Assembly (NCBI GenBank): GCA_973895155.1
Contig: OZ316896.1
Coordinates: forward strand, 7,086,232-7,150,231
Length of the DNA: 64,000 nt
Source: Marsupella aquatica
Lineage: Eukaryota > Plantae > Marchantiophyta
Direction: 5' to 3'
In this document: one piece after another, positions 13,459-26,522 of the stretch
How the letters are laid out: each line of letters opens with the position of its first letter
Numbering within the stretch: the first letter of the stretch is position 1
Translations under genes and position numbers: made by a program
The notes under the pieces: model-generated
What the model was told of the DNA's origin: nothing
What the model saw: only the letters and a program-made list of their open reading frames with translations
Database searches by the model: none

Positions 13459-14034
13459 ATCTTCACGCCGAGGTTGGATATATTTGGTCGGGTGTTGAGC
13501 AAAATACCAATCCCGAAAGATCCCAAGTTTTGTCCATTGTCCCCCTGCAAAGATCCTTTGGTTACAAACATGATAGGACTTCCATCTTTAAAGAAGGATC
13601 CAATTCCAGAGCTTGTTGGAAGGCTCACAGTTGGTTTTATGCAGTCTATTATAGAGCTCATCTCTTGTCAAGGGGATATTGTCATAGACTGGACCGCTTG
13701 CTCAGGAGGTTCATTTGTGGCTGGAGATTATTGTGGTGGATTTGTTTTTGGGGTTGAAGGGCGACGAGAGTTTGTCACCGCTGCAAAAAGTACGGTAGCT
13801 GACCTTTTGGAGCCAAAGTCAATTTTGACTCCGGAGAAGACATTGTCAAGGAAAAAGAAATAGAAGTTGGACAGAGTTAGATCCATTTTAAACTTTGATT
13901 TTGAAGAAATCAAGCCGGATGTTGTTGGGGCATCTGATGAGGAAGTTGTTCCAATCGTCGATCTCGGAGACAACGAGGAAGAGAAAACAAATCCTTTGGG
14001 ATATGAATCTGAGGATGAGGAGTCTTTTGAGTAA
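13459..14034 (+). pseudogene. C-terminal exon of an N4/N6 DNA methyltransferase-like gene with an acidic tail
   Basis: Follows a TTTTGTAG acceptor. FMQSIIELISCQGDIVIDWTACSGGSFVAG..CGGFVFGVE matches the beta-class MTase SAM-binding segment (S..GDxVLDPFxGSGTT...gR..iGiE). Acidic tail continues past an in-frame stop. Confidence 0.55.
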
Positions 14035-15699
14035 TGCTAGTAAGCTCACTCCAAATCCAGGATTGTTTTCAGTAAGATATCTTTATTTTAGTATTTTTAA
14101 AAATATCTATGAAAACTTTCAGGTTGGAGTGGAATACGCGGAGAAGGTTTAACTTTCAGAAAACGATTGCTGCAACTACGGAGATGACACCAGAAAAACC
14201 ATTTATTCTCCCATCTATGCTGAAAATGCTGCCAGAAAAGTAGAGCGGTCTCGACCATTGTCTTGGGAAACAAAAGGGCTGAGACTCAGGAGAGGCTCAG
14301 ATAGGAAGTTTTTGGTGAACAAATTTGTGGATGACATTTGCCGGAGAGAATTTGTGGACAATGAGGCGGAATCTACCAATAGATCCGAGAGTAGTGAGAC
14401 AAAGTCATCCAAATAGATCAATTATCAGAATCCCCATTTGTTTCTCATTTCCATGGTATGGTAATTTTGAGATTCCACACATAAACAAAGATCCATCTTT
14501 CCGGTATATTTGGTTCAAAACTGAGTTTGAAGTTCTATTCAATGTTGGATATTTAAATAGTGCCAGGCGTTAGCCAAATAACTTGTATTCTGGAGTTTTT
14601 ATTCAATGAATATGCCATTAAATTGATTTGTTTGGCATTGTTTTGTTAGCGCCAGGCGTTAGCCAATTACTTTCCCTGAGAGAATGATTATTACCGTTGG
14701 AGTTTATTTGGTTATGTTGATAGTGGTCGAGTTGTTCTTGTTGTCCTTGCTGTCCTTGCAGAGCATCCAGAGCTGACATTAAGTGACCGTAGCACCCATC
14801 GGTCTTTAGTCCCACTGTTTGCATCCATGGGGTGAAGGGTTGTTGTCCGGCCGTTGAAACCCAACGGTGACAATACTTTGAATGAGGCATACATCCAAGT
14901 GAGACTTCGAGAGGAGTTTCATTCTAATTGTTCACCCTGCGTTGTGGAGGTTTGGAGAGTCAACCCTACGCGTATGAAAAGATATGGAGCGTCATGGTGT
15001 CAATGCCAACAATGTTGAGCTGCCCCAAAGAGAAGTTCCAATGTTGGTCGAGCAGACGGTTTCCTATGTGTCATTGACATTGCTTGTGGACACCAAGAGT
15101 TGCGTGACCGAGATGTTTGATATTTGAAATCGTCTTCAGTTGCCCGCGGACAAGGGGATGAGCCCGGGTGACCAAAACATTCCATGTCTTCTTGATTCTC
15201 CGCCAAGGCCATTTTAGGATCGATTCTCAATTCATTATCCAACTCCCTAAGATCCTTCAGAGAATATCTCATGGGAGGTTGAAATGCAGTCTACTGAATT
15301 CCTCGGTCATGTAGATTCTCATGATACAAACATGCCAGAGTCTTCATGATTGCGTTCTTTGCAAAGGCTTCCGAGTGCGCAATATGTTGCAACTTGAACA
15401 TTTGGCTTTCAACAGAATGCAAAATGCAAGAAGGCATGGCTCAACAATGAATGTGGATCTTCATTTCATCCGGGAGCCTAGGATATCATTGTGGTCATAC
15501 TCTTGGGTAGCGCCGAGCGCTACTCAGTTCTTGGATGCAGTGTGTGCTCCGCTGAGTAATTTTGAATCAGAGGAGGTGGACTTTAGGCGCTTTGTTTTGG
15601 GGTTAGGTTAGGGGTTTGAAGGGATTCTCTTACCAAGGATTCCTTGATTAGGATGAGGTTGACTACAATTTTCTATTGTACAAGGATCGGACAAGCATG

Positions 15700-16640
15700 T
15701 AGAATCCCTCGATGCATGATTAAAACTGAGAATTCTCCATTGTATTTTCACTGGACAAACCACTATGCAATATGTTCAGGTTTTGAGACCCTAGTTGTTT
15801 TCTCGATGAGTTGGGCTTTGACAAGAACAATGTGTTCCAAACATTTCAAATCTGCATGAGGAGTTTATCGGTGCGTGGCTTAGGAAATGTTATGCATTAG
15901 AGTAGAGGGGAAATAGAGGATGGCATGTATTGGATTTTGAACATTTTCACTTGGAGTTGCTGACGCGGAAGTGAATGACTAGCCAGGATATTTGTGGAAT
16001 ATTCTCTTTTCACATGTTGTTTTGGGACATATTGTTGACTGTTTGGTTCAAGCAATTTTCCTGTTCCTTCTTGCTGTTTCCTGTATGACTTTTCCTGTTT
16101 CCTTGCATGATCGTCATACCCTTGATTATGTTGCATACTTTCCTCCTGTACCAAACTTTGTGGTGCTTTTGGTTGGCCAGGAATGGTCAGACTTTTGACA
16201 GATCCAAACAAAGGACTTTTAATCAGCTACAGTTCTTCTCCAAAGCTCTTGATCATCTATATGCAATTGCTTCAACATCACCACTGAGTAGGAAACATGG
16301 GTGACTCACTCAAGCCAAATTGCTATTGGAATGGGAACAACACAGAATTTTGGGTAGCGGAGTTTGACGTACTGTTACACAGTAATGAGCTATGGTTCTG
16401 TGGTCCTACCAGTTATTTTGTCTTAGACTCTTTTACTTGTCACTTGCTTTTGGTTTCAGTACTTGGCAGACCTCACTCTTTAGATGAGTAGTTGCCACCG
16501 GAGTTCACTTTTAGTCTACTTTAGTTAAAGTCTCCATTAGGCTTCACTGGAGGCTACTTCATAACTATCGCAGTTTGCTGATTATGTCCTGAATTGGCAT
16601 AGAGTAGCTTGGCTCTGGTTATATTTTCTTGGGGGTTTCA
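15700..16640 (+). mobile_element. Degenerate L1 3' end (zf-RVT region)
   Basis: ILFSHV and FLLYQTLWCFWLARNGQTF resemble the L1 C-terminal W..W..RN..F motif. Boundaries approximate. Confidence 0.55.
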
Positions 16641-16679
16641 CTTCAACAAAAATGGCACATCACGTGTGACAAAGGAAAG

Positions 16680-16930
16680 GGTCATTTTATTGGTTCAAAG
16701 GGAAGACTTAAAAAAATTCTCAAAAAATAATAGGGTCTTTTAAATCCAATTTTGAGACTTGTAAGAACATTAGGGTCCTTCTAACCAAAATTTTAGAATA
16801 TTCAAAGAATATTCCAACTTTAAAGGGGTTGAGTTTCTTTTAAATTCTTGCATTTTAGGGGGTCTGAGGCCTAAAAGTGTCATAGGTGATGGGGAGGCCT
16901 TCATATAGTGAGACCCCCAAGTGTGTTTTA
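16680..16930 (+). repeat. Dispersed AT-rich repeat family (also ~17860-18060 and ~58870-59160)
   Basis: Shared blocks: ATCCAATTTTGAGA..TAAGAA..TAGGG (16.7 and 59.0 kb) and GGTCCTCACTT..AATAAGTATAGGGTTTTT (17.9 and 58.9 kb). Confidence 0.55.
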
Positions 16931-18099
16931 GACACTACCATCCTTTCTACTACTAGGTTTTGGTGGATGGATGACTGTTTGCCCTCTGGGCTTATGTTTT
17001 TTCCCGCCCTTGCTGGCCTACCGCCTTTTGGCCTGCAGAATAAAGTTCAAAATTTAAAAATAAAAAATCTGTTCCATCTTTCAAGGTCCATGTTCTTATC
17101 CCGCAGAAGATAGTAGAAAATTTTGTGATCTATACGAAAGAAGGTAGAAGAGGTGTTTGACTCCCAACACCAAAATCTGGCCCCTGGATCCAGATAGTAT
17201 AAACACGTTCTACTGCATTGCACCAAATTAATGAAGGAGATGCACTTGGCCTTGCTGTCCTCAGCCTTGCAACAAGGCTCCACCTCTCTTGGGCTGCCTC
17301 CTTTGCACTAGAATCCTAGAAAAACTAAAAGAATAAGTCAAGTCTTCCTTCCTTGCAATGAGACCTATATACCCCCCCAGCCCACTCAAGCCTCCATGAC
17401 TTCAACTGAACTACTGGCAATTACAATTGTCATAGAGGACTTTCTACTTATTAATTTGGCTTGTAACTGTTTGTTTCCTAATGCTACTTGCTAACTATTG
17501 ATTGATAAAAATGATTGTTAACAATAACTCGTCATGACTGAACTACACAAAGCTTCTTGCATTTAGCCATGTGGAGTCTGGCGGGGAGTCTGGGAGGCTC
17601 AAAGGCCTCTTGAGGGGGGGGGGGGGGGGGGGAGGAGCATCCAAAAATATACATTTAGTTTAAAAAGTGTAACTATAGTTGAGTGCAATTACCCTAGAAA
17701 GTGTAGTTTTGAGCGCAAAAAGTGTACTTTGAGATTGAAAAATGTACATTTGGCCTGTAAGTGTTAGTACAATCACTAATAATGAAGGCATAAATTATAA
17801 CTTATTATAATTATTTATAAAAGAATAAAATCTCATAATTAACACAATTAATATGTGATCTTTAACCCAGGTCCTCACTTGTTTTCTTTCAACCCACACA
17901 CAAATAAGTATAGGGTTTTTTCTTATGTTTAGTGGAGGACTTACAAATTTTTGTGGAAGCACATTAAGGGTGTTTAAGCTAGTTCTGAGAATTGTAAGAA
18001 TTAAGGAGGTTGTTCAAATAACATCTGGAATATTCACAAATTAAGATCAATTGCCCAAATGCACCTTCCTTCACTAAAGCCTAAGTTTGTTTTATATGA

Positions 18100-19600
18100 G
18101 ACTTAAACTGAAATATTGGGACATTATCTCTCATAGAAAAAACAATTGATACAGATTTTGAGTGACCTTGTATATCTATCAACTTGAAAGTTTGAAGCTA
18201 TCCTTTGTAAGATGCAACTTCTTGTATCAATCTGGGACCCAAATGAATAATCTAACCAATCCACTCTTAGACAATAGGGCCCTGGAAGGAAATTCCTTGA
18301 CTAGTGCAAATGAGAGTGCTCTAAAAAGAGCAATCTAGGCAAAAATAGATAATCCTGGAAAGTTTATTCTAATTGAATTGCAAGCTAACAATCACGGTGG
18401 GATTGTCATGGTTGTTACAAAATGCAATCACCAACTGGGCACCAACTTCATAAGCAGGGAGGCAGCCAGATGCATGGAAGCACCAGTCAAGGAGATGCTA
18501 GAACCCTCAATTTGCAACGTTGCCAATAACATTCAAAAAATAGTCTCTCAATTTGTCAAAGCATCTCAAAGTGAAGGTTGCAGGTAAAGATAGAAATTTT
18601 GGCTAGCCAAAAGTATTTCTTTCTCTTGGGAGGCTCAGAAGTAGACTTCATTTTGTCTATAGTCTACCTTAGAAAGCACAGCCATATAGTGCAGGCCTGA
18701 TCTCACAAAGAATGTCCACTAGTCAACATATTCCCTATAGCAGGGTCTGCCCTAATTTCACTTCACATTCTATCGCCCATCTAGCAATTGGCACCGGATC
18801 ACAAACCACAGTGTTGCACTACATGTGCCTAAAAGTTGTAAACCATTCAACCTTAACTATAGATGTGAGGTTGGGTAATGAGTTGTATCAATTCTATTGT
18901 GTGTGACATTAACACCCAGCCGAGGGAGAGTTTAATAAAGGCTTCACTGTTAGCGCCAGCTCTTGCAACACTTTGAGTGCCAACTTTTTATCATTAACGT
19001 TTCCAAGAACGAATCTCAAATTGGGCTATCAAATCAAGAAGAGACTAAGCTTCTGAAGTAACGTCATCAACGTGAATATATGATCATTGTCCTTTGTAGA
19101 ATGCATGCATATCGCTGTACATCCTGGGATACATTCCACAATTTGAATGGCTTGACTGTTGATTGTAAGTTTAGACTTCAGATATAGATGGTATGACTAA
19201 GGATCAGGTTGGCTTTAAGCCATCACTACCACTCGTCAGTTCTGGTGAAGGCCAAAACCCTCAATAATTAGTATCATTTTCCTAGAACCATGGGAGAGCC
19301 TGGCAGAGGACACTTAATACATAGAGAATCCATTTGCAGGAATTTGCATACGCTCCTAGTGAGTACTGCTCTAATCCAGTACCCACTAGATTAGAGTAGC
19401 CCATGTCACTACATTCTTGCCATAGGAGGTGCGTGGATGCGTCTTTATACTGACCCCACATAACCCATTTTCCCTAAGGAGGACTTTATGCAATTTTCCT
19501 TTTATGCAAGTGGATATATTTATTAAGAAAGTATCCACTTCGAGGCAACCAAATAACCTTCAAAGCAAAGCCATTACTCTATCTTCAAAAGTCAACATTG
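18100..19600 (-). mobile_element. Highly decayed LINE RT-like relic
   Basis: Only faint remnants resembling PGxD, KVDY and YLG motifs on the - strand. No long ORF. Confidence 0.25.
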
Positions 19601-20473
19601 CCATCAAATAGGTTATCGCCTGATTCTACTAAACTTGTTCGTTAACTTTCGCGCAATTATTCTTGGTACCCTGTGCGTGCTAGGAAGATGAGGCCGGTGC
19701 AGCTAGATCCCTCCTCGAGAATAAGAAGTACACAACGAGCTTGTTATGTTAGCAGATGCAAGACTCCAAGAAATTATTGACGATACAAGCAACAAAATGG
19801 GAGCAGGTTTCATTTTTGAAGGAAATAACAGGGGGCCAAAATTCCCAAGGAACAGTCCAGAGCAAGGATAATGATTTTAAGTGATCTGAGAATACCTAGT
19901 TCAGCACAAAAGCGTAATTCTAGAATGAATTTCGCAAGACTAGGTGCAAACCTGTATCCTGGTCATGATAAGTTGCTTTCCATCTGCAAATCAATGTCTC
20001 ACTTTTGGATCAATCCAGTTCTCAGCAATTCCTTAGTCCAGAAGCTAAGTCACAACTGGAGTGACATCGCAACCGAGAGCCAAATTTTCGAGTACAGACT
20101 ACAAGCTGGGGCAGTGAAACTCTACCTTCCTCCATAAACCCTGCCCAAACCGCACCCCAATGCGCAGGGGTCAGGTTAGATAGGTTCCTTTCTAACTTAA
20201 ATAAAGAGGACCACATGTTCTGACGAGCAATTTTTGTATTAAACTCTTAGAGACACGGTAAGCGATCAAGCTCAAGATTAGATTCTGTCAGGATTGAAAG
20301 CTGGCTCTACTTATGCTACATTTGTAATCGAAAGCTGCACCTACTTGGACTGAAACATAGCCGTCTGAATTTCGGACAATGGTCCTGTACTCCTGCTTTT
20401 GCAGAGCGTACACACTGGAAGGTTCTGGTGCCAGATTTATGATTATCAAAACTGAAGCCAGAGGATCTTCGTT

Positions 20474-22854
20474 TCATTGCACGGCACCTTCAACAATACT
20501 TGGATCTGGCTTCACTACGCCAATAAGTTTCCAGCCACCCAAGCCAGCCTTTTCGAATGCCTACATCACCAAGAGAACAGGTTAATGGATAATAGTCCAG
20601 AGAGTACCAAACCCGACAACGAAGGATTTGTATATAAATTATCAAAGTAACAAAATCCACGATTTTGAAGGAAGTGCGAACTCAATCAAATCCACGTACG
20701 CAACTGATACCCATCAGCATCTCACCATCAAATCCTCTAGTCACAATGGAATAGAGAGACCGTAGATCTCATAGAAAGTCATCAAGCCAATGACCCACAA
20801 GGAGGTACGTTTAGAACTTACTTCCTGCCATGAACTACCCCGAGTTTCAAGAAGAGCAGCATTCGCAGTCTTCAGCTCCACATTAACTCCTGATAGAAGG
20901 CTGGCCGCTTCTTCCCAGCCCCTGTTGTGTCCCATACACCTGCTCAAACAGTCACGGAGCCTATACAAAATGAGATATTGTCGTGAGCCTCAGTATATTT
21001 TGAAAAGAACTTTATTCTATCCGTTGAACATCTGCAGTACGTAATTGCGTCAGAAAACATCATCCAATGTGTATGGAAACAGAGATTGTTGCCGACACGC
21101 TTGAGCTCACAAACTTTAAACACATACATTACAGTTGTTACATCATTTTTGGTATATTTGCAGATGGTTTCTTGCAGATGTTGAACTGTCTGACCGTCCA
21201 TAGCTGCTACAGAGTAAAAGCTGCTGAAATAACGTACTTCCCCTTCTAGAAACTCAGTAAGTTCCTGTTGCATAATCTCGAGTGTCTGTCGAGTGCGCGT
21301 TGAATCACTGCAGAATCAACTGCGAATATTAGCAGTAAGAACCACTCTGGATATGACAAAGGTGAAAGTTGGCAAGAAGACCGGAATTCTGTCAGGATGC
21401 AGATGTGAAGCAATTTAGGACCCGGTAATCTAATGAGATCAAGAAAATCTACAGAAAGGAAAGACTAACCTGCAGAGAATAAGTTGAGGTTCCCAACCCG
21501 CACATTCTTGTAGCTTGAGTGCAATGTTGGCAGCAGCATGACGACCACGCCTGCTCAAAGGCCGCTCATGATCTAGGTTGAAGAAACAACAATTTAGAAA
21601 GATCCTGTGAGTTGGTGTCGGATGGGTGGATAGCTACATCATTAACGGGAACGAACTTTACTACACGCTAAGGAAAAATAATGTAACAAGTGAACAGAGG
21701 TAGTGGACGACCTGTGATACACACAAGGAAACCCAAGGTATGCGGGATAAATTAATCAGACAAAATATAAACTAGAAGTGAAGTCTGGAGAGGCCCTGGG
21801 AGTCCTAGGTTACTGGACCAGCGACCTGAAGGTGAAGAAGAGACGTCAATCTCTAGATCCAGATCCTCACGGGATTTAAGTCTATATAAAAATGAGGGCT
21901 TTGAAACTCGGAAGCTCCCTTTCTACCTGAAGCCCAAGCTTTGTCCATTTTGCTCCAGATCTTTGATATCCTAGTTCTGGACGTTGGAGAAGCTGAGGCG
22001 ATGTCATGTATAGCTGCCAGAATAATGTTGGATATAAGGAACGAGGAGTGCTTCCGCGTCAGCTAATGCAAACGATATGAAACTATTACCTAAAACCCTA
22101 AACCTCTTGAAGTAAGAAATCACCCGCAGGGTCCTTCCCACGCTCACTTCTGCATGTCGTCTGATTCATAGCTCTCTCTCGTCACTAACGCAAAGACTTC
22201 AATTCACCAATATGCATGCACTTGTTGAACAATAACCTTGTAGATAACTCCTGAAAGTTCTATTCCTGTCTCCATGCAAGTCCTTTACTGAAACATGCTG
22301 GAGAATGATCATCCACGTGAAGAACAGGATCTCTCACAGTTTGCGGGCAGGGAACATCTTTCAATAACTTGCATTCAGCCCAAGAGTCGAGAAACACACA
22401 AAATCCAACAAATAGAAGTGGAAAGGGGACAGCTTCAGTAGGGAAAATGAACAAGAAGCACACCTTTGATAGAACGATCCGACCAGGAGCTCTTTGCATG
22501 TCGCAGAAGGATGAGGCGACGGACGGATTGATCTGAACTTGTGCTAAATTGACTTCCACCCAGAATCTTCTCTGTGACTATACAGAAAACCTGCAACCTG
22601 GTCTCTGGACTCCAAGGCCCCCCCTGAGCCCTTTTATCCCCACCTTCCCATTGAAGGACCTGATGGTTATCCCGGCAGATTGTGCTGATGCATCGCAGAG
22701 GCCCAGAGCTGAATGTCTGAAACCATTTGAAGCTGTTGTGCAATTTGGGCAATCTCCTGTGCTCAGATTGCCTGGTCCACTTTGGGCAAGAAGAAGAAGA
22801 AATGCAACTGCTCAAGAGAGAGAGATCCCAGCTTGTCAACGCCGTCACGGCCAT
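20474..22854 (-). CDS. SixA-like histidine phosphatase (phosphoglycerate mutase superfamily; At3g52155-like), probable plastid transit peptide
   Basis: Five exons: 22854-22464, 21572-21470, 21307-21128, 20939-20822, 20560-20474. All introns are GT-AG and keep frame. Motifs LILLRHAKSSW, DHERPLSRRG, CSDSTRTRQT, CMGHNRGWEEAAS. Ser/Arg-rich N-terminus. Confidence 0.92.
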
Positions 22855-23682
22855 CCAGGAGCAATAGTGAGCTGCCAACGTCCTCAACCGCGATGTGTTC
22901 ACTTCCGCTCCGAGAAAGAGATCCTGAACCTACCTCTTCACTGCTCAATATTTGATTGCCCTCAGATACGACTTCCGTGACAGTTTGTCAGCTCATTTGT
23001 TCAAACCCAGGCAGGGCCCTGCTGATGCAGTAGCTCTGGATTGTCCTCAGCTCAGCCCTCTCTCCATAAAATCAACATGCACACACAACTTAAACGGAAG
23101 GCTGTCTCCTAAACACCTCTGAAAAATCTGGCATTTAGGCTTGCCGTGCCTACCATAAATTGTGAACACGACAATTTACGTGAGTCGTCCTTCACCCTTT
23201 CATTGCCGCCTCGGCTGAATGCACTGAGCTCCCTCCATGTAATTGTCGAGAGGAAGTAGAATTCCAAGAGAAAAACAGAATCTGGATAGAGAGAACGACT
23301 CCTAACTGCAGAGGATCTCACTCCTCGTCGGGCCCCCCTCCAAATGGATAAGGACTTCCGGAACATGTATTTTCCCGTTTCCTACTAATTCCTTATGGTG
23401 ACTAACTAGCAGCCTGTTCAATACGAAGCCTTCCCCAAGACCACAGGAGTTCGATAGGGAGAATTGACCATAGCCGCGGCTTCATGCATATGAACTCCGA
23501 AAAGAGCTGCGAAAAGATTGCAGGACCGTGTGCATTTATGAACTCCAAAACGTAGACAAGAGAAAGCAGTCCTGAATTCACTCGCCTTCTGACCGCCAGT
23601 CTCTCTTGGATTCAGTCTACTGTTACACTTCGGGGTCGTTCCAGCTCACCGATGGTGAATATTACTGTGTGTGACCCGGGCA

Positions 23683-23709
23683 TGGTCTGGTCTGGTCTGG
23701 TCTGGTCTA
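23683..23709. repeat. (GGTCT)n microsatellite
   Basis: About 5 tandem copies. Confidence 0.8.
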
Positions 23710-24059
23710 GTCCTTGGCTAAATTACACAAGTGTACACTTTGGTGCATAAACGTTTCGGTTCACGATTGACGGATGAGTGACTCGACATTGGTCAGTTCA
23801 AGTCCAACTAGGCTGGGAAGTTGGATAAAATGGGGGTTTGAGTGGCCAGTGACTAGTAATTTCTAGTCAAGTCTGGGGTGTCAAGGTTGGGATATACCCC
23901 CGGTTTGAGCTGTCGGACACCTTGTCGAGTTGTCGGATACGACAACTTGTCATTTGTTGGGTCAAAAACAAGAATTTTCTGGATATTCCTTTATATTCCC
24001 CGGCTGCGTCCCGATATTTCCCGAACCCTCCTGAACTCTCCCGAACCCTCCCAGACGGG

Positions 24060-24320
24060 AAAAAAGGGTCAGGGCCGGGTGGAGGGTCAGGTTGGGGAAA
24101 AGTGGTCAGACCAAAGGGGTCGGGGCCGGGGATGGGTCGGGGCCGGGTGGAGGGTCGGGCAGGGGAAAACTGGTCGGGGCCTATGATTGGTCGGGGCCAG
24201 GTGGAGGGTCGAGCCGGGGAGAGGTCGGGCGGGGTCCGGGCTGGGGAGGGGTCGGGGTCGGGGAAGCCGGATTAGGGTTAGGGGTTGGGGCGGAATGATT
24301 AGGGTTAGAGGGCGGCTAAT
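24060..24320. repeat. G-rich low-complexity repeat (GGTCGGGGCCGGG variants, a few TTAGGG)
   Basis: Seen directly. Potential G-quadruplex, probably part of an unclassified element starting near 23876. Confidence 0.6.
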
Positions 24321-26522
24321 TGACCTAGTTTAGGTGAATGTTAGGGTCCAAGGAGCTTTGGCAAGGGGATAAAAGGGGACACTCTTCATCTTTTCTATCA
24401 TTGTGCAACATTGCTACTACAACTCTCATGCACCTTGGCTAATGGGGAAAATAAGTAGAAAGGTATGCTTTGGTTCAAATTGAAGTTTTGATTTCTTTTA
24501 GTGTTGTTTATGCTTCCTTCTTTGTGATTGTTTTATAATTCTCATTATGTCTATTCTAAAATGGAGGGATATGTATGAATTCTTGTACGCGCAGCTTGGG
24601 ATATTTTGTACAAGAGTTTTTCATATTGCCTTAACAACTTGACATCATTTTTTTATTAAACGGAATATTTTTGAGGATAGAGAAACTCATGTGCATATAC
24701 TTGGAGCCTTGGCTTGGTATGTGATATTTCACATGTGTGTCACGATTCCCCGCACGATTCCCTTAAAATATTTTCAGTTGATAGATAAATGGTTGTTAAG
24801 TTATACATATTCTAAAACTTAGGACGAAGTAGGGATGTAGGCAAGTCTGAGAGATGGGGAAACTTTGTTGTGCAATCTTTGAGTTTCGGCTCAGGTTGGG
24901 ATAATTCAGCAAAGTGTCCTAGTCTTTTATATTTGTTACAACCAACAAATTAAAAAAGGAAAATAACAGGCATATATTTCAGGGAAATGTGGTTGAATGT
25001 TTAATTTGTTTGTTATTTTGCTTTGTCGTGCGCATACACATTGCTACACAACATATATCGCTTGTCACATACATCCAGACATAGTCACACTGCCACATCA
25101 CAAACACAAGAGAATGAAATACAAGTGGAACTCATGTCCACACACGTCCAAAACCCACAATGAATCCACATTACATAAGAGAGCTCTCAGCCACCATAGC
25201 TAAGCTCTCAATCTTCAGGCTCAACATTGAAAGATAACCCTTTCGATGTCTCACAAGAGAGAACTACTCTCTCACACAAACCTAACAGAACCTTATCGGC
25301 TCATATAGCACACATACTAAACATACGGATCTAGATAGTACGATACACTCTAACACTACCTAGAATGGTGTGACAGCTGTTGTGCGCATACACAACGCTA
25401 CACAACATACATCGCTTGTCACATACATCCAAACATAGTCACACTGCCACATCACAAACACAAGAGAATGGAATACAAGTGGAACTCATGTCCACACGTC
25501 CAAAACCCACAATCGCCCCCCTAGTTGGGAGTAAAGTCCCCTAACTCTAGCTAGCCATGAGTTCTACAAGGTTGATATACACCTTTTTAGGTGTGAAGAT
25601 CAGGAGGCCGGGTGCAAATGAGCCCCATCGATCACCTACCTGCAATCCATATCTGCCAAGAAAATGCAAATGATAACTAGTCGGCGTCACCGACACTGAG
25701 GACAAAGCCATGATCCACTAGGAATCACCTGCAATGATGGTGTCAAACACGACATGTGCCATCTTCTAGAACACTTATCACAAATCAACATAGTAGCTAC
25801 TCCCTGAGCAGATCCACACAACATACACTTCAAGCCAACACGAACATGTGCTAAGCTTGGATCCATTGTACCATCAATGTTTGGAAGATGACATGGTGCA
25901 CAGTTGCGCACATGATCCTTCCAAACCATACCATCACGTCCCTCCAACATCAGGACACCAAAAGGCAACACTTCATGCACACGCAAAATGGTCCGACCTG
26001 TGGTCACATCAAGTGTCGTTGGTGCTGTCTGCTGCAAATAAACATAATCACTTGGATGAAATCGTCGAATCCTCGCACAATAACCTCCTCCACGAATAGT
26101 GGCATACTGCAAAGTATCACGATGTTGGGCAATGGCAAGGTTGTCAAAGGCCATGGGCATGACTCTCTCAAAAATCCTTGCCCTCTCTGAACAAACCTTG
26201 ATCCAAACATTGGGATTATCCAAGTTCACAACCGATACAGTATCACGACAAATAGCTGCAAGCAAATCTGGCTCTCTACCATAGAGCAAGAAATAAGGTG
26301 AGAAGGATGCAAGTGATCTTTGTCAACTAAAACGGTAGCCCATAGCTAACCAAGGTAACTGGAGATCTCAATCTCCCAGATGACCAACTTGCAAGCCATA
26401 CTTGCACAATCCTCTCTTCACAGTTTGCACTACTCTTTCAACCAATCCATCTGCCTCGGGATGGTCACGAGAAGTAGTACAATGATCAATCAGAGATAGC
26501 TCGCACAAACTCTCAAACTCTC

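Noticed and set aside
14618-15611. Possible - strand gene remnant
   Set aside because: Fragmented frames and no domain I can recognise.
17614-17632. Poly-G run
   Set aside because: Simple homopolymer with no supporting context.
23878-24298. Gly/Arg-rich ORFs and TTAGGG motifs as a gene or telomere
   Set aside because: Low-complexity G-rich DNA with only isolated TTAGGG units.
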